Shown piece after piece: positions 25,910 through 37,937 of a stretch of 64,000 bases of DNA. Positions within the stretch are counted from its first letter, which is position 1; the number at the start of each line of letters is the position of its first letter. Position numbers and translations under genes: made by a program. The notes beneath the pieces are model-generated. The model had not been told where the DNA came from and ran no database searches. It worked only from the letters and a program-made list of their open reading frames with translations. Source of the stretch: a virus (lineage: Duplodnaviria > Caudoviricetes); the IMG/VR virus record IMGVR_UViG_3300028591_000106, positions 32,001 through 96,000 of that record, one strand, 5' to 3'.

Positions 25910-27715
25910 TTAAAAGTCATAAATAGAAACAGGCTTAATCTCATACTGATCAACAATAATCTGTGGGGTAGTATTCCCTCTAAAGTGGTTTAAACTTGCC
26001 TTACCTGCAATATTTAATTTAATAGTATCCCCATCTGTATTATTAAATTCTTCAATAGCATCGGCGGCTTTAAAGAATAAATATGTCATTCGATTAAACT
26101 CAATCTTCATGGTATCACCTTTAGATCCCATAACTTTTACAGATGATTTTGGAATAGTTAAATCTTCTACAATAATGACTGGCTCTTTATTTCCTTGTCC
26201 CCAGTATTTACTCTTTTCTCCAATTGAGTAAACTAAATCATAGAGATCAGAATAGTTTGCCGGCACAACGAAATCTGCTTCATAGAAGTTTTCATTGAAG
26301 TTAATATCTTTTAATGCTTCGTTAGCATAATTTACCAGTCTATCAATATCATTCTTTTTGATACTAAAACCTGCAGCATTAGCATGACCTTCTACAAAAT
26401 CTGTGTAACCACTGTAATTTAAGAAACCTTTGAAATCTTTTAACTCGCTTTCTTCACGACCGCGAATTGATCCTTTCAAATATCCGCCAGGAGTTGTTCG
26501 ACCAAGCATTGTAGGCTTCTTATACTTTGCCGCGATACCCATAGCAATTAATCCTGTTAAGGTTGTTGGGACATCCAAGTCATCAGCATTTAGAATAAGA
26601 ATTTTATTTTCATCGAGACAGTTATTCATAATTTGAATATCAAGTAACTCAATAGCCTTATCCTTTTCTCGATTCTAGCGAGAACGAGCATTAGTACAAT
26701 TTCTTGCACTCTGCTCTGCGATAGTCTCCATAGTACCTGCGGCACCGCGTTTTGTTGATGCGATCTCATTTTTGCCATGAATAAAACTCTCAAACATGAT
26801 TTCCTTTTCATGCTGAGATCCTACTCGGATAAGTGCATTGATAAGAGGAGTTACATAAAATGCTACTTTAAGCTAAGTTACATCTCCGTTAGTGTAATAG
26901 CTGTCAGTCCATGCATCTTCATAGATACCAAACATTGAGTAACATTGCTTTTTAACAACAGTCCTAAAAAATTCATTGTTGATATGAGAAAGACCATAAT
27001 CACAAATAAATCTGTTTTCAGGAGTTTGCATCCACATCATATCACTAATTTCTCCGAGTGCTACTAAATCTAAGTATTTATCGCTTTCCTCGGCTCCGAT
27101 CTTTTCATCGAGTGCTTGTAAAAATTTATAAACAATACCTACACCACTAGCCATTTTATTCGGATAATCTTGTGAAAGCTGATTATTTACAACTACAGCA
27201 TCTTCACTATATTTCTCTGCATCATGGTGATCAAGTACAAGAATATCATAACCGATTTCCTTTAGAAGTTTATGATATTCATAATCATTACTGGAACTAT
27301 CTGGTAGGACAATTAAGTCACAAATCTATCCGTCTTTTGTTAACTCCTCCATAACAGTTTCAAGACCATGTTCTTTACCTTCCGGAATATGATAACTAAT
27401 TTTTACTTCCGGATAATCATGACAAACTACTTCCTGCATATAGTTAATAAATACGGCGGCAGAAGTAAATCCATCAACATCACAGTCCACATAGACTCTA
27501 ATATGACTCTTATTATCAATATGCTTTATAAGCAATTCTATTGCTTCATTCATATGATCGAGTGAATAAGGATCACATAGATTGTCTTTTGTAGGCTTAA
27601 AATACCAAGAGGCCCCCTATTCGATATCTTCCGGAGTTAGGATTCCTCTATCTATGAGCAAATTCTTGGCATAATCGCTTCTAATGTCATAAGTTGTTTT
27701 TCTTATATATTTCAT
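25910..27715 (-). CDS. recJ: RecJ-like ssDNA exonuclease (DHH family)
   Basis: YVDCDVDG, VLDHH, DLVALGEISD, GHANAAG; four TAGs join the track fragments. Confidence 0.92.
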
Positions 27716-28776
27716 TAAAACCAGACTCCTTTTGAAATTAATTCTCTTGCTACCTCCGGTCCACAGTCAAAAGGAGACTGTTTCAACTTCAGCAGATGAC
27801 TATAGTCGTAAGTATATCCCATGATACAATAATTACGGTATTTTTGACACAATGATTCAAGTTTTTTAACATAAGCCTCTTGTTCAGCCCATGTTTCGCC
27901 TTCTTTATCATACGCAATTAAAATACGCTCTGCACCACAAGATATTAGTAAATCAAGCTAATATTTATGGAATGTACTTCCACAAGTTGCGACGACGATA
28001 TTATTTTCTTGTCCGAACATCGTTCCATATTGCATAGGACTTTTCTCGCCTTCTGCAACGATCGCCATCTTAAATTTCCTAATATTGTCTTTTACAAGAT
28101 TTAATCCATATAAGTTATATTGGAGAGGATGATTGTAGGTCTTTCCTTCAATCACTACTGGCATATATTTTCCAAAAACTAAATCTTCTTCATTTAATGC
28201 CCTTCCTCTAATTCCAATAAGCCTATCGTTAATATCATAATGAGGAATGATAATTTTATTTTCAGAAATTGAATAAAGGATATTATATTTACGCATAATC
28301 TCTTCTGAAATGCCGTCATTTAGCCATTCAGGAGTAGGATTAAAAGTATAAACATTTAACACACCTTTATTTATTTCAGGCAATTCAATATTAGTTTCCT
28401 AATGAGATAAATTGTATATTGACTCATATCTTTGAGTAAAATCTGTCAGTCCAAAAGTTCGATGTTTCTTTCCGCCGCCAATCTTTAATACAATGTCTTT
28501 ATAGAAATCATATGTAATGCCCAATAATTCATATCGTTTCTTGAACATTTCAATGACATTAAATGTAGAACAACAATCAGTATAACAATGGAAAGTTTTT
28601 GTTTTTGGATAATAGTATAATTTCATACTTGCTTCGGCGGCATCGGCATTATGACAAATAGTAGGAAAGATAATGGCATTATGTGTCTATTCATATCTAT
28701 CTGCTCCAAGTGATGTCATAATCTCAATGATCTGTTCATCTGACAAACTTTTTGCAAGTTCAGTCAACTCACTCAT
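27715..28776 (-). CDS. DNA primase
   Basis: Zn-binding TICH...FHCYTDC, IIIPHYD..RLIGIRGR, TOPRIM AEGEKS and IAYD; three TAGs. Confidence 0.88.
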
Positions 28777-28787
28777 TTAATCACTCC

Positions 28788-30494
28788 TTACAGAAAATCT
28801 GAAAACTTTTTGCCATGGACTCTCGCTCTTCTATCATCCATGTCATCAAATGCTTCTGACATATTTGTCATTAGTTCTTCTGGATCATCTGCCATTTCGC
28901 TCATATCAATCATTCCTGTATCGACTCCGTTATCTCCTTCATTCAAACTGTTGATAAAATCAATATCTTTATCAAATTCAAGATCTACAACTTGAGTAAT
29001 AACCTTGAAGTTTTCAATCGGTTTCATTTCAGGAGTTGTTACGAACAAGTCTTCTGTTCTCAAACAACCGGAATCATAATAAGACCATATCCTAACACGA
29101 TTCCATCTTCCGCCACGATTCTTAAACACATCTGTTACAAGAGTTGGGGCAAAAGAGAAATTCTTGATATAGCCTGCAAGTAAAGTCAATTCTTCTTGGG
29201 TTGGGCGGCTCATAATAGAACTGCAGTCAGACAAGTCATTGATTGCCTTAGATCCTCTAATGCATCTCTCATCTTTAAATCCACCCTTTGCAGCTTCTTC
29301 ATTTGTCAAACTTAACTGTGTAGCTGACATAATAAAAACATTCAGCTCTTTAGCAAGATTCTTGAGAGTTGTCGTAAACAATCTTAAAGCAACATCTTCT
29401 CTAATTCCAATATCACGATACTCATTCAGCATTGCCGGACAAGAGAAAATATAGTCATAGAAGAAATGCGTTACATCAAACTCAATAGCATACTGACGAA
29501 TAAGAGTTTTCATTATCTCGCCGCAAGGTTCAGGAACTTCAATCATTTCGAAATTCTCACGATATTGTTCCATGATTTCCATTGCCTTTTCGATACGAGG
29601 CATCTCTTCTTCGCCAAATAAACCATATTTAAACATATCTTCATTATAACCAGTAAGATATGCTAAAATCATTGGCTGGATTTCATCAATACTTTGCTCA
29701 GTCATAATATAAGCGACATGATAACAAGGTCCAGTTGAAACCCATTTATTACTTTTTGTATCAAACCTACAGGGATAAGCGAGATAACAGGCATCGCCAA
29801 CCATTCGACGAGTTTTACCAACACCAGACGCTGCACAACGAAGATAAAATTTACCAAGTCTTAAACCTCGACAAATCGTATGATATCTTTCACCTTGTGG
29901 AGTTGCTCCGATATCTGGCTTCTCTTTATAAGAAGCAACCAAGTCTCTGATACCTTCTGCCGCATTACCCTTCTTAATTGAACCATTAAGAATATATTTC
30001 TATTCTAATCGACCTACTTCAATTCTAAGATGATTAACTAAGTCTTGAAGAGTCATATGCTCAAAGCGTTCATTGATTTCATTATAACGACTATCAATGA
30101 TATTCTCACAATATAAATCGTTTGTATCTCTGCCGCTTTTCTGTAAGTCTTTGATAAAGTTTAGCTTTTTCAGCTTATTATAATAGTAATTGAAATTTTC
30201 AGGTTCGCCGGTCGCTTCACAGTCTTGCAAGAATCCTTCTGCATTCTCTTTTTCCAATAAAGCATTAGCTACCTCATTTGATTTGAGGTAGTTTAAAATA
30301 TCAATCGAACGAATGACCCTTGCTCCATCACCACTATTATACAGATTATTTATCGCTGAAAAGATAAATCTATCTAATGTGTTTGGGAAGTCATTAACTT
30401 CAAACAAATATCTATCAACTTCACTGAGAAAAGAAGGATGATGCATTAGACCACCAAGAACCTAAATAATAGTATGGCGGTCAATTTTTATCAT
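28788..30494 (-). CDS. Replicative DnaB-like helicase
   Basis: AASGVGKT Walker A, FYDYI, SATQL, KNRGG; TAGs at codons 11 and 165. Confidence 0.9.
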
Positions 30495-31204
30495 TCGTCA
30501 TCACCTGTAATAGAGTTTAAATCAATTTGCTTACGCTTCTTCCTTCCGATATAATCACTCGGATTATATTTAATTTCTACTCTATCTTTCTCTAACTGTC
30601 TTTCAATAGCCTCTTCAATTTCTTTTTGTCTTTTATCCTGACTCTTATAATAAGCAGAAGCCTAATCATAAATATAAGGAATAATTCCGATTGTTTTATA
30701 TTTTTCTGTGACCTTATTACCTTTTACTTCATACCACCATTTCAATGTAAGAAGTTGAGATCTATAACTCATTCCTTCTTTTTGATGCTTTTGCATTTGA
30801 GCTACATTCCAGTCGCTTACTGGCTTATCTCCATCAGGTCCAAATAAACGATAAATATAAAACCACAAAGCGTCACGATCATCATTTATTTTTTCTTTCA
30901 ACTAAAGATTTTCTTCTGAAAGATGATTCTTAACGGTTGATGCAGAAATTCCAAGTTCTCTAGCTACTCGTGCCATATTTCGCCAAGCCGCAAAAAGTTC
31001 GTTAATCTTTTTGATCATTTCATCGTCAATTTTAACTCTTGCTTTTCTTACGACTTCAACCGGCGCGCCTTGATAAATATTTAAATACTTAGTAACAGAT
31101 GTCGTACTAATGCCAAGTTCTTCTGCTACCTTCTTTTTGCTATTGTATTTTTCATACAATACTGGAATTTGTGCGATAATTTCATCACTGATTTTTTTCG
31201 CCAT
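30491..31204 (-). CDS. Double-HTH protein upstream of the helicase (possible replication/loader factor)
   Basis: Two HTH motifs (KKVAEELGISTTSV, ARVARELGISASTV); two TAGs; ATGA overlap with the helicase. Confidence 0.7.
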
Positions 31205-31239
31205 CTTATCACACCCTTCTTTTAATTTCTTATATTTAT

Positions 31240-31268
31240 ATTATACCATATTCTATATGAAAAGTCAA
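31240..31268 (-). promoter_or_regulatory. sigmaA-type promoter
   Basis: TTGACT-17-TATAAT with TGG extension. Confidence 0.8.
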
Positions 31269-31280
31269 GCATTCGCATAT

Positions 31281-31308
31281 AAAACGGCGGCAAATAATAT
31301 GCCGCCGC
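31281..31308 (-). terminator. Terminator after phoH
   Basis: CGGCGGCA/TGCCGCCG stem followed by a T-tract on the minus strand. Confidence 0.7.
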
Positions 31309-31313
31309 TTACA

Positions 31314-32561
31314 TCATAGCTTATCCAAGTAGTCTGCAGCCGCCGCAACCATACTACGCTCAATTGTGACAAGTTGAATTGTAGAAAAAATACGAGACAA
31401 CTCTGGAGATTTGTGCAACTCAAGAAGTAATTGAAGTCCGTTACGATCCTTAAAAATTGCACTATCAGCCTGATGGATATCACCATCAAAGAAGATTCTA
31501 GTTCCTTCTCCACAACGACCGACAAGTAGCTTAATATGTTCTTCAGTTAGGTTTTCAGCTTCACTTACAATTACGATAGAATCAGTAAAGTTTCTACCTC
31601 TAATGTAAGCCATAGGAACAATTTCAAGCTTTTCCTCTTTAATCCATTCAAGTACAGTAATAATACCAACAATGTCGATAAGCGGTCCAATGAGAGGCTG
31701 AATTTTTTCAATCATATCTCCAGGCAATGCGCCAAGATCCATAGTATTTTGTGTATAAGAGTTATTTGGTACATATACAATCTTTTTAATCTTTTCTTTT
31801 TCAAGCTGGTTGATTGCATAGTGGTGAGTGCAATATGTCTTACCAGTTCCAAATGTTCCTCCGACATAAAGAATCTTATTGTCTTCATTTAAAATGGCAT
31901 CAATTAAGCAAATCTATTCTGGATTACGCGGTTTGATTATACCAGAATTATCATCCGTCCAATTAGATTCAAGTGTTTTGAACTTAACTGGTTCAAATTT
32001 ATCGCCATTAAATTTAAAAATACTAACCTTGCCAAGTGATGCATCATAGTCTGGCGGCGGAATAATTAAATATTCATTATAACTAAAAGCATGATCTTCA
32101 CACTCGAAAGTGCCTGTTTCACAAAGTTCTGCAAGAATAGAGTTATAAACTTCTCTGCTCATATCAGAAATATTAAGATAATAAGCTCCAACATAATCGC
32201 TAATAAAAGAATATCCTTCAGTATTAACGCCAAGAACTTTTGCTCGAACTTTTAATGAAATATCATTAGTTACAAGTACACCATTGCGTTCTTTAGTTAG
32301 CTATATAAGTTGGTCATCGGCGCTTACTCCCTTTGGATCGTCAAGAGTAAATTCAATATTACTAATATTCATATTTTTAGCAATAGTGACTGCCGCCTTA
32401 CGAGCCTTCTATCCAATTTCTGAATTTTGATTTTTCTTCAGATCATCAATTTCTCTTAATACACACATTGGAATAATCCAATATTCCTCTTCTCTAGTTA
32501 CTACTTGAGGGTAATCAAGAAGAACATTTGTATCAAGGATTTTAACTTTCTTATCTTCCAA
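31314..32561 (-). CDS. phoH: PIN-PhoH protein (PhoH2/YlaK-like)
   Basis: PIN motifs ILDTNVLL and LVTNDISL; NPE(TAG=Q); GGTFGTGKT; LGALPGD; YIRGRNF; SEAEN; GDIHQAD. TTG start is inferred. Confidence 0.88.
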
Positions 32562-32580
32562 AAGTCTTCAACTCCTAATA

Positions 32581-32613
32581 AAAAAGAGGGGAAGCATAAA
32601 ACTCCCCCTCTTT
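32581..32613 (-). terminator. Rho-independent terminator
   Basis: AAAGAGGGG/CCCCTCTTT stem with A-tract on the plus strand. Confidence 0.75.
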
Positions 32614-32620
32614 ATAGATT

Positions 32621-33586
32621 TTAAAGAACGGCGGTTTTAATTTCATTTAGTGCCTGATGCAATTTTTCAACATCTTGCGGCAAAATCTCTGAAAACTTAG
32701 TAGGCTTACCAAAGACCTCTTCAAGAATCTTAGAAACCTCTTCCACCTTTCCGGCATCTGTTGCCTAAGTAAAGACAATCTTTGCCTGTTCAATTAATTC
32801 ATCAAAATTAAGTTCAAGATAAGCATTATCAGCTTCAGTTGCCTGAGAGTTATGAGCTTCAGCTTCTTTATCACAAGCGGTCTGAATGGCTTCAGCAATA
32901 TCATTATAACTAAATTTTACCTTTGGCTCAATATACTGAAAACGAGACTTTGCAAGGAATCTTTCGTCTCCTCTGAAGAATATGAAACGCTCCTTATTGC
33001 CTTCGTTATCAATAGGAATAAGACGAATATAACCAACAAGGTCAACCATCTTATTGATAATATCAAAAGGACGAGCAGGAAGAGCTGGAACAATTCGTGT
33101 ATATTCCTTGCCAGCGTCATCCTTAAAGACTTTTTCTGTAGCATGGGAAATAAATACAATACCATAGCCAGATTTAGAAAGAGTATCGAGACCAGAGATT
33201 AGTTCTTGCTTTGCAATTTCATAACCCTAGCCCCAATTGAGTTCTCCAATACGAACTACATTATTATCAGCGCAGATCTTTCTTACGAGAAGTTCCCACA
33301 TCATATCAGCAGTATCAATACAAATTGTCTCGAACTTTTCTTTAAGGGCTTCATTCTTAGAAAGCTGATTTACAACAGATTTCCAGTCTGACCAAGTTTT
33401 AATCTGCTGAACAAAAACATTGTCCAAAGCATTAGTACCTTGTTCAAATCCTAAAATCAATGATTTTGGAAACTATGAAGCCAATGTGGTTTTACCAATA
33501 CCAGGGTCTCCATAAAGAAGGATGAACTTGCCTTTAAGACTACGGCTAATTCTCTGCGGTTCAAGTGCCATTAAATTTACAGCCAT
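32621..33586 (-). CDS. AAA_24 / Sak4-like ssDNA-annealing ATPase
   Basis: LLYGDPGIGKTT, ICIDT, VFISH, FLAKSR; three TAGs. Confidence 0.82.
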
Positions 33587-33626
33587 TTATATCCCTCCTA
33601 ATATTTAGATAAAAGTCCAGTTGGGA

Positions 33627-34538
33627 TTACCAACTGAACTTATTATCAGTCTTAGGAGTCTGAGTTCTACCCTGCGGTGCCTTTGTCTTGCTCTCCTCAA
33701 TACGCTTCAAACGAGCCTGAAGACCTGCCATGATGTCGTCGGAATCATAAGCACGCTCTTCGCTAAGACCACACTCGGAACCACTTGTGATGATAAACTC
33801 ACGGCAGCTAGTAGTCTTCTTACGAATAATAGGCTCACCAAAGCCCTGCTTCTCTTCCCAAGTCTCTACCTTATGAGACATATTGATTCTACCAGCGATC
33901 TTAACAGTATCGCCTTCATTCCAGTTTGCAGAAATGAACTGAACTGCGCTAGGAGAAGCTGCAATCATAGGAATGACATCTACCTTGCCCTGATAGCCAA
34001 CAACAGCAACAGTAACTTCAAGTCTACCAGTTTCAATGCCTTCCTTATCTACTTCAGGCTTAGTCTTGAGAATAGTACCACTAATCTCAAATCTAGCTTC
34101 AGGAGTAAAATCTTCAAGAGAACCATTATAAACATTCAGGAAGTTAGAACGAATCTTGTAAGAACTTCTCTCCTGATTGCTTCTGGAGTCAAACCAGACA
34201 TTTTCACTAAGCTGTGCGCCCTTAACAGTAATCTTAGAAGCCAACTGCGGCTGATCTTCTGGACAGGCGGCGAGAGAGGTAAGCTTTTCCTTGTAACCAA
34301 CAACGATTGGATAAAGGTTGCTAACTGTACCATCTTTCTTCAGCTTCGTTGCATAAAGCTCAATAGGAATTTCGCATTCACTGAGCTATCCGTTGATTTC
34401 CTGATCCACTTTAATGGTAGCCTTACCAACAACGATATCCTTGCCGTCAGCAGTCTACTTCTCTTCAAGCTCTAGTTCTTTCAAAATACCGGTAACATCT
34501 ACATTATTAATACTTGGTGTTTCATTAATATTAAGCAT
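33627..34538 (-). CDS. Putative single-stranded DNA-binding protein (tandem OB-like)
   Basis: Two NNVDVTGIL/FEISGTIL-type beta-rich repeats; aromatic C-terminus; adjacent to the Sak4-like gene; TAGs at codons 28 and 51. Confidence 0.65.
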
Positions 34539-34633
34539 TCTTTAACCTCCAAACAATTACAACTATAAAGTAAATTAGGAAATCAACGGAGCGCTTAAAC
34601 GCTCCGCTAATCCCTACCGACTATTAGTAATTA

Positions 34634-34921
34634 TTACTCAGCGTCGGTGACTGCATCTGGATCGAAAGCTGCGCCAGCCTCGGTGAGGTAGAACACAGAA
34701 ACTTCCTTGGTCTTGCCCTCTGCATCGGTGCGAGTCTCCTTCTCACGAACTGCATAGCCCTTGTTGCAAAGACCAGTGACAGAACCGGTGACAGAACCAG
34801 CCTTCTCAAAACCAAGCTCGGTCTGGACTTCCTTAGTTGTGAAACGAACGCCTACGCCAGCTGCCTTCAAGAACTCAAACACCTTACGAGAATTTTCAGT
34901 CATAGTACCTTTCTTAGCCAT
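34634..34921 (-). CDS. Small winged-helix DNA-binding protein
   Basis: RKVFEFLK...FTTKEV..ELG...SVTGSVTGLCNKGYA..YLTEAG. Confidence 0.7.
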   Translation of the reverse strand: MAKKGTMTENSRKVFEFLKAAGVGVRFTTKEVQTELGFEKAGSVTGSVTGLCNKGYAVREKETRTDAEGKTKEVSVFYLTEAGAAFDPDAVTDAE

Positions 34922-34993
34922 TAAAAATCACTCCTTAAATATAAGTAAATATAGTTTATTAAAATAGCGTAGTTGCTATTTTTTTACAATTTT

Positions 34994-35022
34994 ATTATAT
35001 CACACTGTGGATAAAAAGTCAA
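34994..35022 (-). promoter_or_regulatory. sigmaA-type promoter
   Basis: TTGACT-17-TATAAT with TG extension. Confidence 0.8.
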
Positions 35023-35411
35023 ATCTCTGACTGCTTTTTATCAGGTGACATCAAATCTTTGACCATCTGTTCTGATAGGTCAATAGCTTTATTAAAAGAA
35101 ATAATTAAGCCATGCATTCTAGCTGCACTATAGTGGAACGCTAGTGCGACATAATTAATTTCGGTGAGAGACAAATTAAAGTCGCCAGATAACAATTTTT
35201 GTCTAACTTTTTCATACTTTGAAGCATCTTTCCTCAATGTTTCAACAAATTCCTAAGCATCGTAATTACCAATTTTTTCAGTTGCGATACTCTCTTTGTT
35301 GTCTAGTAATGGATCGGTAAGATTATAAATCCTATCAGTTACCGCCTCAAGTGCGGCTAAAGCAGGATCCTTATTTTTTATAATAATTTCTCTTTTTTGT
35401 TCAAGAGTCAT
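35019..35411 (-). CDS. Hypothetical protein (130 aa)
   Basis: SD GGAGG, one TAG, ends TGA. Confidence 0.65.
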
Positions 35412-35443
35412 ATTAATTCCTCCCTTTCTCATTTTCTATATTA

Positions 35444-35472
35444 AGTATATCATAGATTATGAAAAAAGTCAA
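35444..35472 (-). promoter_or_regulatory. sigmaA-type promoter
   Basis: TTGACT-17-TATACT with TG extension. Confidence 0.75.
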
Positions 35473-35475
35473 ACA

Positions 35476-37884
35476 TTAGGCTTTTATCAAATCTACAATT
35501 TTTGATCCTTCAGGAAGTTTCATCGCTTTAACACCAGTTGCTTCACGAGACAATACTCTCAGTTCGCCAGTATTAAATTTCAGAGTTCCTTTGTTTGATA
35601 TAACAATTATATCACAGTCTTCATTCAAAGTCAAGAATTTAACTATTTCATCGCCCTCTCGAACGCCAGAAATCCTCTTGCCTTTGATACCTCTATTGCA
35701 AACAGGGAAATCAGCAATATCGGCTTTCTTAATAAGACCATCACTGGATACTGTAACAAGATACTTACCAGTAATAATCTTGGAATCAATTACCTTATCG
35801 CCATCACTTAGCTTAATCGCTTTTACTCCGGCGGTTACTCTACCAATCGTGGTTATTGATTCTGTATCAATTATAACATAATTTCCAAAAGAAGTCAAGA
35901 TTCCGACTCGCTCTTTATTCATAAAATGAACAGCGACAACTTCATCATCATCTTTAAGATTGATAGCCTTCAAAGACTTTCCACGCTTCTTCTCATATTC
36001 AGATGCACTTGTCTTTTTAATCATACCATTTTTAGTAATAAAGACAAAGTTTTCCACTTCACTCTTACGAGCAATAGTAGTAATAGTATTGATTCTTTCG
36101 CCATTTGTAAACTCAAAAAGCTGATTTACATTGATCTTACCACCGACAGGTAAATCAGATGTGGCAATAGAATACATATTACCCTTATTGGAAAATGCAA
36201 GAAGCGTACCAAGATTGTTGTCAGAAAGAGTTTGAGTTATAGCTTCTCTATCGCCAACTTTAACTTTTGATCCTTTACCGCCGCGGCGAACAGACATAAG
36301 AGTAGAAGACTCCTGTGTATAAATATTGCCGAGGTTGGTAAAGTGAATAAGAAGTTCCTTCTTTTCGATAGGTTCTGCATCTTCTTCTTCGCCGGCAAAG
36401 TCAAAATTAGTCAAACGAGTTCTACGCTCGTCGCCATATTTCTTTGCAATTTCACGAAGATCTTTCTCGATTTCTGCATAAAGTAACTTATTATCAGCAA
36501 GAATATCTTCATGCTCCTTCTTCTCAACGAGAAGTTTTGCTTTTTCATCGTCATAAGATGAACTCTCAAGATGAGTCAATTTGCTTAAAGTGAGTTTAAG
36601 AATAGCATCAGCTTGTTCTTCATCAAGAGGATACTTCTTCATCAGCTCAGATCTAGCTTGATCTTTATCATCAGAGAAACGAATTGTCTGAACTACATCA
36701 TCAATATTTGCAATAGCAATAAGTAAACCATCTATAATGTGAATACGATGCGTAATCTTTTTAATGTAGAATTGATGAATTTTAGTTCTAATATCAATCT
36801 CATGGTCAAGGTGCGCCTGCAAAGCCTCTTTCCAAGAAAAGAGTTTAGGATAAGTACCATGATCAAGCATAATCATGTTAATAGGATAACAAGAATCCAA
36901 ATCTGTCTTTTTGAACAGAGTTTTAATCATCTTGCTAGGATTAACACCTTTTTCAAGAACAATCTTTAGATTTGCGGTATTTTTAGACAAATCCTTAATT
37001 CCGTCTTTTGCAATACCAATAATCTCTCCGTTATTGATTCCATCAACAATCTGCTCAACAATAGTATGAGTATAAACTCCATATGGAACTTCTGTAAAAT
37101 ACAACGCATTTTCATCAGAATTAAACTCTACAGTTGCTCTCATACGAACAGAACTACCCAGCTTCTTGCCGTTCCATTTCATACCTTGCACAGCTTCACC
37201 ACCGCCATATCGAAGAACTTCCTTAACAGCATCTGCATTAAGAATAGTTCCACCGATACAGAAATCCGGTGCGCAATAGATTTCATCAAAATCAATATCT
37301 GGATTCCACAATAATTTAATCATAGCTTCATTAACTTCTCTTAAATTAAACTGTGGAATAGAACTTGCCATAGCCGTAGCAATACCAGAAGTACCATTTA
37401 CAATATTATAAAATCCTAAAGAAGGAACTACACTTGGGAATTGTTTTGTTCCAGAATAATTGTCAAACCAAATGTCTACGCAATCTTCGTCAATCCCGTC
37501 ATAAAGCTGGCAACCAAGTTCACCTAGTCTCATATCAGTATAACGGGCGGCGGAAGGCTTACCAGTTTTAATATGACCAAACTGTCCCTTAAATCCCATA
37601 AGAGGATATCTCATGTTATAAGGACGAGCAAGTCTTGTTAAAAGATCATAACAGGCGGCGTCACCATGAACATAGAAATCTGCCATAGCTCCACCGACAC
37701 ATTCTTGAGACTTAACAAAAGGTTTCTTATAAGTATATTTACGAAGAAGCAATGAATACATACACATACGATGAGACGGCTTTAAACCGTCTCTCGCATC
37801 AATAACAGCACGATCTTGAATTGTCATGCCAGCATATGTACCAAAGCTATCTTCAACAACAGATAACATATCGAGTTCGTTCAT
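35476..37884 (-). CDS. gyrA: Type IIA topoisomerase subunit A (gyrase-like, with CTD)
   Basis: RDGLKP, HGD, AARYT (catalytic Tyr), RRGGKG box and beta-pinwheel repeats; no TAG. Confidence 0.92.
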   Translation of the reverse strand: MNELDMLSVVEDSFGTYAGMTIQDRAVIDARDGLKPSHRMCMYSLLLRKYTYKKPFVKSQECVGGAMADFYVHGDAACYDLLTRLARPYNMRYPLMGFKGQFGHIKTGKPSAARYTDMRLGELGCQLYDGIDEDCVDIWFDNYSGTKQFPSVVPSLGFYNIVNGTSGIATAMASSIPQFNLREVNEAMIKLLWNPDIDFDEIYCAPDFCIGGTILNADAVKEVLRYGGGEAVQGMKWNGKKLGSSVRMRATVEFNSDENALYFTEVPYGVYTHTIVEQIVDGINNGEIIGIAKDGIKDLSKNTANLKIVLEKGVNPSKMIKTLFKKTDLDSCYPINMIMLDHGTYPKLFSWKEALQAHLDHEIDIRTKIHQFYIKKITHRIHIIDGLLIAIANIDDVVQTIRFSDDKDQARSELMKKYPLDEEQADAILKLTLSKLTHLESSSYDDEKAKLLVEKKEHEDILADNKLLYAEIEKDLREIAKKYGDERRTRLTNFDFAGEEEDAEPIEKKELLIHFTNLGNIYTQESSTLMSVRRGGKGSKVKVGDREAITQTLSDNNLGTLLAFSNKGNMYSIATSDLPVGGKINVNQLFEFTNGERINTITTIARKSEVENFVFITKNGMIKKTSASEYEKKRGKSLKAINLKDDDEVVAVHFMNKERVGILTSFGNYVIIDTESITTIGRVTAGVKAIKLSDGDKVIDSKIITGKYLVTVSSDGLIKKADIADFPVCNRGIKGKRISGVREGDEIVKFLTLNEDCDIIVISNKGTLKFNTGELRVLSREATGVKAMKLPEGSKIVDLIKA

Positions 37885-37905
37885 TTTATCACTCCTTATA
37901 ATAAT

Positions 37906-37934
37906 ATTATATCATATTTACTTTTAAAAGTCAA
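37906..37934 (-). promoter_or_regulatory. sigmaA-type promoter for gyrA
   Basis: TTGACT-17-TATAAT with TG extension. Confidence 0.8.
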
Positions 37935-37937
37935 ATG

